Notes under the pieces: generated by a model
Told to the model about the DNA's origin: nothing
Seen by the model: the letters and a program-made list of their open reading frames with translations, nothing else
Databases searched by the model: none
Position numbers and translations under genes: made by a program
Assembly (NCBI GenBank): GCA_965203295.1
Contig: CBDBCZ010000019.1
Coordinates: 480,001 to 544,000 of the forward strand
DNA from: Nitrospirales bacterium
GTDB taxonomy: Bacteria > Nitrospirota > Nitrospiria > Nitrospirales > UBA8639
Direction of reading: 5' to 3'
Length of the DNA: 64,000 nt
In this document: positions 57,375-64,000 of the stretch, piece after piece
Position numbering within the stretch: the stretch's first letter is position 1
Layout: each line of letters opens with the position of its first letter

Positions 57375-57953
57375 ATGGCACGACCGAAAGAATTTGATCC
57401 TGACAAGGCCTTGGACAGGGCGATGGACTTGTTCTGGTGTAAGGGATATGAGGCCACCTCTCTTCAGGATTTGGTTGATAATCTAGGAGTGAACCGACAA
57501 AGTTTATACGACACCTTTGGCGATAAACATGAGTTATTTCTGGCTGCTATTGACCAGTATTACCGAAAAAAGTTTTCAAGTCTCTTGTCCTTACTCGATA
57601 AGCCTGGATCTGGATTAGAGGCTATTCGAAACGTATTTCGTTTAGTCGTAGATGAGGGGTGTGCAAGTAAGGGCTGGAGAGGGTGTCTTGTGACGAACTG
57701 TAGGGTGGAGTTGGCTCCCCACGATAAAGAAGTGGCCGCAAAGGTGGAAATGATTCATGGAGAAATCGAAGAAGGGTTCTATAGGGCGCTGGTGCGTGGG
57801 AAGAAGGTGGGGGAGTTGAAGAGTCAGCATCTCCCTCGGGTGCTTGCGAGATTCTTGGTTGGATTTATGATGGGATTGTCGGTTGTGATGAAGAAGAAAA
57901 CTCCTCGATCCATGGTCCAAGATGTGGTCGATGTGGCCCTCGGAGCGCTGTAG
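57375..57953 (+). CDS. TetR/AcrR family regulator (NemR/ComR-like)
   Basis: MARPKEFD, FWCKGYEATS, SLYDTFGDKHELF, GCLVTN. Confidence 0.92.
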   Translation: MARPKEFDPDKALDRAMDLFWCKGYEATSLQDLVDNLGVNRQSLYDTFGDKHELFLAAIDQYYRKKFSSLLSLLDKPGSGLEAIRNVFRLVVDEGCASKGWRGCLVTNCRVELAPHDKEVAAKVEMIHGEIEEGFYRALVRGKKVGELKSQHLPRVLARFLVGFMMGLSVVMKKKTPRSMVQDVVDVALGAL

Positions 57954-58047
57954 CAAATTTTTTTGCGATATTTTGGAATGATCGATCTACATGAAGATAA
58001 ATGGCCAATCGTAGAAATGTTGGAAAAACAAACAAAAGGAGGACATC

Positions 58048-58392
58048 GTGTCGATCAAACAGCAAGCCTCTGTCACCTTAACAGATGAAAATTTTCATGC
58101 TGAGGTGTTAGAGAACTCCACGCCAGTGCTTATGGACTTCTGGGCTCCTTGGTTCGGCCCCTGCCGTATGATGGGTCCGATTATTGAAGATCTAGCGGGT
58201 GAATTTTTCAACAGAGCCAAAATGGGAAAATTGAACGTCGATGACGATTCGAAGCTCGCCGCTCAATACGGCATTCAATCCATTCCCACACTCATGTTCT
58301 TTCAAAATGGGCAGCCTGTTGATCAGGTCGTGAGGGTTGTATCCAAGAACATCATAGCCAATAAAATGGAAAACTTTCTTTCCCCGGCTTAA
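58048..58392 (+). CDS. trxA: Thioredoxin with an altered active site (WFGPC)
   Basis: DFWAPWFGPCRM, KLNVD, YGIQSIPTL. AGGAGG RBS and GTG start. Confidence 0.8.
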   Translation: MSIKQQASVTLTDENFHAEVLENSTPVLMDFWAPWFGPCRMMGPIIEDLAGEFFNRAKMGKLNVDDDSKLAAQYGIQSIPTLMFFQNGQPVDQVVRVVSKNIIANKMENFLSPA

Positions 58393-58769
58393 CCCGTGGG
58401 CGTGAAGATCCGATAGGCTATCTTAATAATCCTAGTTCTTAGGCATCCTTCCTGTATGTTGTCTGGCACACTTTACTTTCCTTAATTACGGGCATATGAT
58501 CGTACAAAAGGGGGTAGACATGAGGTGGTTTTTCCTGGCGTTAAGCCTTGTCGATTGAAAGTATCCGAAAGGTCCTTTGCATGCATCATGCTGAGAGCTT
58601 TTGTGTTTTTTTGTAGTAAGGGGTAGCGCGTAGAAAGGAAAAAGGCTTGTTGATAAGCAGAGGTCCACCACCAATTCTCATACAAAGTTACTAGAGTTCA
58701 CACTCTTGTCGCGCTTCTGTTATTGCAAGAGCGGAAGTATATCACCCCAGTTTCTTATGGAGGTACGCC

Positions 58770-59564
58770 ATGTCCGAAGAAAAAACAGGTGCCATGTTTG
58801 GGTCTCGTCCTGGGAATGGACTTGTGTTGATTGTGGAGGATGAACCTGCCGTTCGTAGCGAATTGCGTGAGACCTTGGAGTCGGCAGGATATGATGTCTT
58901 AGAAGCCGATGACGGCGGAAGAGCCATTGAGCTGATCAATGAAGGAGAGAATCCACTTCTCCTGGATGTCGTGATCACGGATATTGATAAGAACAGAGGA
59001 ATGGAGGCGATTTCCTATTTCAAAAGTCAATATCCTCATGTTCCCCAGATCGTTCTCACGGGATTTTTGGAACAGAAGCGTAAATCCGACTCCGGGCTAA
59101 AGATTGCCATATTGGGTGGCGGGAAAGGAGGATCCGCGATGCTGGAACTCTTTTCGCATCTATCTGAAGTGGAGGTGATAGGGATCAATGATAAGGACCT
59201 CAATGCACCAGGAATTCAAGATGCTAAAAATATGGACATCCCTGTTTTTGATGATCCTCTCAGCCTCATCTCTCAGAGCGATCTCCAACTTATCATTGAT
59301 GTGACGGGAAGTCCGACTATGGGGGAACTTTTAGTGAAGCACAAGAGTACGGAAATAGAAGTCCTCGGTGGGGCTGCCTCAAAGCTCCTTTGGACCATCG
59401 TGCAACATGAAAAGGACATGCAAGCCCAATTGTTTCAATCGCAAAACCTGGCTGGAATGGTACGGGAGGGGATAAACGGTTTTCTGATTAAACCCCTTGC
59501 GAAAGATCGGCTTATAAAGGCTGTCGCTTCAGCCATGGAGGAGAGGGAAATTCACAAGTTGTGA
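58770..59564 (+). CDS. Response regulator: receiver domain interrupted by a Rossmann-like domain
   Basis: LIVEDE, VITDI, IVLTG, then KIAILGGGKGG...IIDVTG, then GINGFLIKP and helix alpha5. Confidence 0.8.
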   Translation: MSEEKTGAMFGSRPGNGLVLIVEDEPAVRSELRETLESAGYDVLEADDGGRAIELINEGENPLLLDVVITDIDKNRGMEAISYFKSQYPHVPQIVLTGFLEQKRKSDSGLKIAILGGGKGGSAMLELFSHLSEVEVIGINDKDLNAPGIQDAKNMDIPVFDDPLSLISQSDLQLIIDVTGSPTMGELLVKHKSTEIEVLGGAASKLLWTIVQHEKDMQAQLFQSQNLAGMVREGINGFLIKPLAKDRLIKAVASAMEEREIHKL

Positions 59565-59926
59565 AAGAAAAACACTGCAACTATTTTGGGCTATGAGTAT
59601 GAATTGGGGATGGAAGTGTCCTGTCTGTTACCCTTCATAGCCTCATAGATTTCGGGATCAAAAGTTTCACGAAGAGGTTGTGCTCCTTTAGGATTGTGGT
59701 CTGGTAGAGAAATAGTGCGAAAAAATGATCTTCCCTCATGGGGTTGAGATAAATATCGGGATGGATCCCCGCTAAGAAATCTGGGGGATGACGGGGTAAG
59801 GATCCATACACTTAAACTGCAATTCATAGCCTCGAAGCTGTGAAGCAGAAACTCGGATCTTTAAACTTTAAACTCGAAACTCGCTTTGCCGACACTGTCT
59901 GAAAGTTCAAATCCAACTCTTTACAT

Positions 59927-60397
59927 CTATACGACCTTACCAAGTCTATTCAGACAACCGCTCCATCCTTCGTCATGTTTATCCCGTGACTCTGTGCTTT
60001 GGAACATTTCATGAGTTAGGATGATCTCGGTTTCTGTCCCGTTTTCATGAAACTCCACTGTCACTTGTGTCTCAATAGGGTCTCCGCCTTGTGATTTTCC
60101 GCAACCACCTCCTGCTTCCCAGACCCACGTAAAGACCAATTTCTCTGGAACTCGAATCTCTCGATATGTTCCAACCACTGTATGTTCCTGCCCTGATAGA
60201 TCCTTCATCTGAATGCGATAGTGACCGCCAACTCGCAAGTCAACCTCGGCACACGGAGTAGAAAATTCGTCGATGGGGCCAAACCATTGCTTCAGAATTT
60301 CTGGACCTGTCCATGCTTGGAAGACTTTTTCCCTTGTGGTGTGGAAAATTCTTTTGATTTGGAGGGTGGTCCTGCACTCATCGGTTGTATGCCCCAT
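59927..60397 (-). CDS. SRPBCC/AHSA1-like domain protein
   Basis: EKVFQAWT, DLRVGGHYR, PEKLVFTW, HDEGW. Confidence 0.9.
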   Translation of the reverse strand: MGHTTDECRTTLQIKRIFHTTREKVFQAWTGPEILKQWFGPIDEFSTPCAEVDLRVGGHYRIQMKDLSGQEHTVVGTYREIRVPEKLVFTWVWEAGGGCGKSQGGDPIETQVTVEFHENGTETEIILTHEMFQSTESRDKHDEGWSGCLNRLGKVV

Positions 60398-60753
60398 GAC
60401 ATGCTCTCCTTTCTCGATTTGAGTTGATGGGTAGAATGCAAATAGGATTCGAGGGAATCAAACCGTTGTTCCAAAAACTGATGGTAGGTTGTCATCCAGT
60501 CACTGGCTTTCTTGAGTGGAGTCGTGTTGAGCTGACAATGATGAATTCGCCCCTGCTTGTTGCGCCGGAGTAATCCTGCATCTTCAAGAACGCGGAGATG
60601 TTTAGAGATGGCAGGAAGAGAAACACGAAACGGCTTGGCCAATTCTTTAACCGTTGCGTTTCCTTGAGCTAAACGTTTGACGATGGCTCGGCGGGTGGGA
60701 TCGGCTAACGCCCCAAACGTCACATCAAGATTGTTATGATAATAGTTAACCAT
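60292..60753 (-). CDS. ArsR/SmtB family regulator
   Basis: FGALADPTRRAI, SLPAISKHLRVLEDAGL. Start ATG at 60753. The ORF runs about 100 nt into the next gene. Confidence 0.88.
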   Translation of the reverse strand: MVNYYHNNLDVTFGALADPTRRAIVKRLAQGNATVKELAKPFRVSLPAISKHLRVLEDAGLLRRNKQGRIHHCQLNTTPLKKASDWMTTYHQFLEQRFDSLESYLHSTHQLKSRKESMSWGIQPMSAGPPSKSKEFSTPQGKKSSKHGQVQKF

Positions 60754-60789
60754 ATGGTTAACTATAAGGGTGCCAATGGGTGATGTCAA
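60742..60789 (-). promoter_or_regulatory. Promoter and perfect 24-bp operator palindrome over the ArsR start codon
   Basis: TTGACA (60789-60784), 17 nt, TATAGT (60766-60761). ATAGTTAACCATATGGTTAACTAT at 60742-60765. Confidence 0.85.
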
Positions 60790-60844
60790 GGGTGTCTCAA
60801 CGTCCCTCCTTACCAAGACGGATAGGAATATGGGATAGTGAGAT

Positions 60845-62359
60845 ATGCGTCGTTGGGTTACGAGTCTCCTTCTTATGGTGTTGTGCTCGCCACTCTGTTA
60901 TCTGTCTGTTTCTGCAGAGGTCCTTGATCGAGAAGAGCTACACAAAGCTCTACGATGGACTCGAGCCTCTCGAATGATGACCGACATTATACATTTATCA
61001 AGTCCAGGTTTTGATGGGCGACAGGCTGTAACACTTGGCGGGCACAGGTCGGCTGTCTTTGTGGGTAAGCGGTTCGATGCCTTGGGTATGGAACCAGCCG
61101 GCTCTCTCAAGCTTCCATCATCTCCTAGACCCTGGTTTCAAGGAAAAAACATTCGAATCCCTCGCATCCCAAGACAGCCTGTGGTGTCATTTTCTTTTCC
61201 TTCAACGTTCTCCAATCAAGAAGTTCGCACACCAATCAAACCGAGCCTGGGGCAAGATTATTTGCCTATATTGGATTCACCTACGGTTAAGATAAGAGCT
61301 CCTCTGGTCTTTGTGGGCTATGGCATTTCGGCTCCAAAGGAAGGATACGATGAGTACGATGGAGTAGAGGTGAAAGATCGAGTAGTCTTGATGTTAAGAG
61401 GAAAACCTTCAGGCTATCCGCATTGGGTTGGTCATCGTCAAAAAGAACACACAGCTCGCGAAAAAGGGGCTTTGGGGATTATCGTCATGACCGGGCCAGT
61501 CCTAAGCCGGTACGAAGCTCGTCGAGGAATCGGGGAAGCTCCCTTGGCCTTCTATCATAATATTGAAGGGAGTCAACCATTACCGGGTCTTTGGATAAGC
61601 ACATCGATAGCTTCCCACCTTTTTACATCGCAGAATTAGTCTCTGAACAACATTCAACACACTTTGAACGAGACGAATGTTCCTCAATCTCGTGAGTTGA
61701 ACGTTGTGTTATCCCTCAACTGGGAAACCAGGATTGATTCAGGAGAAATGTTGAACGTCCTGGCCTTGATTCCAGGTCAAGCCTCTGAGCTAAAAGACAA
61801 GGTCGTCGTGGTTGGGGCTCACCGAGATCATTTTGGACAGCAAGCGGATCTCCTCTTTCCGGGGGCTGATGACAATGCTTCAGGAACCGCCGTGATTTTG
61901 GAAGTAGCCAGACAGTTATCAAAGATGAAAGCCAAACTGAAAAGAACGGTGTTGGTCGTATCCTTTTCCGGAGAAGAAAGAGATCTTCTTGGATCCAGGC
62001 ACTATGTGGCCAATCCAGTCTATCCAATGGCGGATACGGTTGGTATGGTCAATGTTGATCATGTCGGTGTTGGGAATGGGAGATTGACGGTTGGGATAGC
62101 CCATTTCCCTAGAGATATCGGCCAACAGGCCGCCGACATTTCCGGTGTCAGCTCTGAAACTGATTTATACGGATTTTTCCCTGGTGGGGACCATGTCCCT
62201 TTTGCCGAAGCGAAGGTTCCGACCTTTACGGTTGTGAGTGGAGGGCACCACTCTTCCTTCCATCAGCCCTCGGATACCGCTGATAAGATGCAGGCCAAGG
62301 TTCTTGAGAAGGCGGCTCGGTACGTGATAACCCTCATTTGGTTGCTGGCCAATCAGTGA
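60845..62359 (+). pseudogene. M28 family aminopeptidase with a PA domain and an in-frame TAG at 61637-61639
   Basis: Signal peptide and PA domain LVFVGYGI. After the stop, in frame: GAHRDH, GADDNASG, GEERDLLGS, DHVPF, FHQPSD. Confidence 0.9.
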
Positions 62360-62385
62360 AGCTCACCGTGCTCCAGAGCTGGGCT

Positions 62386-63003
62386 TTACTTTTTAGCTTT
62401 AATACATTCGATCTCCAACTTAATTTTCACTTCATCTCCCACCATCAATCCACCATTATCTAATGTTTTGCTGAATTTCATGCCGAAGTCTTGTCGATTG
62501 ATGGTTCCTTCAGCAGTAAACCCAGCGCGGGTATTGCCCCATGGATCTTTGATTGCACCATGAAACGATCCTACTAATGTGATTTCTTTGGTGACACCGC
62601 GTAGCGTTAAGTCTCCAACAGCGGTGTACGTCTCACCGCTTTTGGTATAGCTTTTCATTGTGTAGGTCATGGTGGGGTATTGTTCAGCATCGAAGAAGTC
62701 CGGGCTTCGTAAATGATTATCCCGCTTTTCATGATCCGTGTTAATGGACTTGGTCTGGATGACGGCTTTAATCGTCTTAAATTGTTTAGCATCGGGATCC
62801 ATTTCAAGAAAGCCAGTGTAGTCTGTAAATTTCCCATTTGTTTTGGAAATCACCATATGGGTAATCTGGAAACCCACGGTCGAGTGTGCATGGTCCATAT
62901 TCCATCGACTGATTTCTGCCCAAGAAACTGGTGCGTTGCTCATAGCTAAAATAGCCAGGATTCCTAGATAACTCATTACCTTCGTGAACCACTGCATGTT
63001 CAT
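62386..63003 (-). CDS. yceI: YceI family periplasmic lipid/polyisoprenoid-binding protein
   Basis: Signal peptide, DHAHS, RDNHLRSPDFFD, GDLTLRGVTK, INRQDFG. Confidence 0.92.
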   Translation of the reverse strand: MNMQWFTKVMSYLGILAILAMSNAPVSWAEISRWNMDHAHSTVGFQITHMVISKTNGKFTDYTGFLEMDPDAKQFKTIKAVIQTKSINTDHEKRDNHLRSPDFFDAEQYPTMTYTMKSYTKSGETYTAVGDLTLRGVTKEITLVGSFHGAIKDPWGNTRAGFTAEGTINRQDFGMKFSKTLDNGGLMVGDEVKIKLEIECIKAKK

Positions 63004-63041
63004 ACCTCCATAAGAAATTAGAATGATGGATAGATGACTTC

Positions 63042-63671
63042 TTAATCTGTCTTTTTCTCTAACCAGCCGTCAATGAGGGGCGAAAGGGCATCAAAAGACT
63101 GGTAGCCGCGGGATAGTGCCACATAACCGCCGTCATTCTGACCTAAGAGAGTCGGAAACCCCGTCACGTCGAGCTCCCGACAGTAGGCGAATTCTTCCCA
63201 AACCTGTTTTTTTAACTCTGCGTTGCGAAACAGATCAAGAAATGCTTTCTGATTGAGATTTTGCCTAGAGGCCAGCTCCATTAATACTTCGACGTTTGTG
63301 ACATCTTTGTTGTAAACGTAAAAAGCTTGCTGAATGTCCTTGAGAAAAGGGAACGCGGCTTGGGAGTAAAATGTTCTCATCGCAACCAATGCCCGTGATG
63401 CAGGTTCGGTGTCGTATGTAAAATTGGGCTCCATCTGAAAAGTAAAATCAAACGGTTGCCCAGTCTGTTCATGAACCGCTTGCCAATGACCAAGAATGTA
63501 TTCCCGTCTGTGTGAATCAAATCTTTCGGTATTGCCTGGACGTAACCCTCCCACCAAAATTTGAAAAGAGATTTGGTTCTGGTATGTCTTGAAGATGTCT
63601 TCCACGACGGGCGAAAACCCCCAGCACCAAGAACACATGGGGTCGGTGATGTAGAATAAGGTTTTGATCAT
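63042..63671 (-). CDS. DsbA-like thioredoxin-fold protein
   Basis: DPMCSWCWGF CxxC motif and GFPTL cis-Pro loop. Confidence 0.88.
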   Translation of the reverse strand: MIKTLFYITDPMCSWCWGFSPVVEDIFKTYQNQISFQILVGGLRPGNTERFDSHRREYILGHWQAVHEQTGQPFDFTFQMEPNFTYDTEPASRALVAMRTFYSQAAFPFLKDIQQAFYVYNKDVTNVEVLMELASRQNLNQKAFLDLFRNAELKKQVWEEFAYCRELDVTGFPTLLGQNDGGYVALSRGYQSFDALSPLIDGWLEKKTD

Positions 63672-63689
63672 AGCATCAAGAATAGGGAA

Positions 63690-64000
63690 TTAACTTTTGT
63701 ATGAGATCACCACATGTTCCTTGGATTCGGGAACGGGAAATGTTTCATTCTTGGGGAAACCGGTGTTTTTGAACATTGTCTCCAGTTCCTTGAACGTATA
63801 GGCATCTCCCAAAGGAGTGGTGGCCAACATGATGAGGGCGAAATCAGCGGATTCGGGGCTGATTTGATCCTCATTGGGAACAAATTCCAATGTGACGACT
63901 CGTCCTTTATCACCGAGTGCGGCATGGATCTTCCGAAGAAGAGATTCACACGTTGACTGATCAAAATGGTGAAGAAAGTTTGTCAGAAGAACCACGTCAT
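63690..64000 (-). CDS. Class I SAM O-methyltransferase-like protein, C-terminal part (runs off the window)
   Basis: LTNFLHHF, LLRKIHAAL..GRVVTLEFV, GDAYT...GF. Confidence 0.8.
   Translation of the reverse strand, partial: DVVLLTNFLHHFDQSTCESLLRKIHAALGDKGRVVTLEFVPNEDQISPESADFALIMLATTPLGDAYTFKELETMFKNTGFPKNETFPVPESKEHVVISYKS

Noticed and set aside
58400..59900. Short ORFs flanking the response regulator (58482-58685, 59591-59827)
   Set aside because: No motifs, RBS or compositional support.
60292..60397. ArsR C-terminal extension overlapping the SRPBCC gene as a functional fusion
   Set aside because: It is more simply a lost stop at the TCATGG junction (an ATGA-type overlap), and the extension has no recognisable domain.

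Overview
A 64 kb bacterial chromosome segment. The 16S rRNA places it in Nitrospirota (Nitrospira-like): it has an exact target for probe Ntspa662 at 5799-5816. There are four parts. (1) 0.1-4.9 kb: housekeeping genes (Maf, Dus, LOG-family pseudogene, DHH phosphoesterase, rhomboid). (2) 5.0-10.6 kb: a complete rrn operon (16S-tRNA-Ile-tRNA-Ala-23S-5S). Its 23S gene carries a 290-nt ORF-less group I intron at the L1917 site, with readable P1/P10/P3/P7 pairings. (3) 11.2-48.3 kb: a large ABC-transporter-dependent surface polysaccharide locus (gmd, wzm, wzt, many GT2/GT4 glycosyltransferases and SAM methyltransferases, GtrB-like and GT-C-like genes). It contains about ten IS630/IS3/IS1380/IS30 copies or relics, IS-associated deletions and paralog duplications. 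A 'H[DE]WSG' beta-sandwich module recurs in several of its proteins, with a diverged copy in Wzt. (4) 48.4-64 kb: redox, stress and general genes (PerR/Fur-Ccp-DyP, Ap4A phosphorylase, MscS, TetR-Trx, ArsR-SRPBCC, M28 peptidase, YceI, DsbA), plus a response regulator whose receiver domain is split by an inserted Rossmann fold. In-frame stops, frameshifts and decayed motifs occur across the whole window, which suggests ongoing genome erosion. All functional calls come from motif recognition by eye, without database searches.
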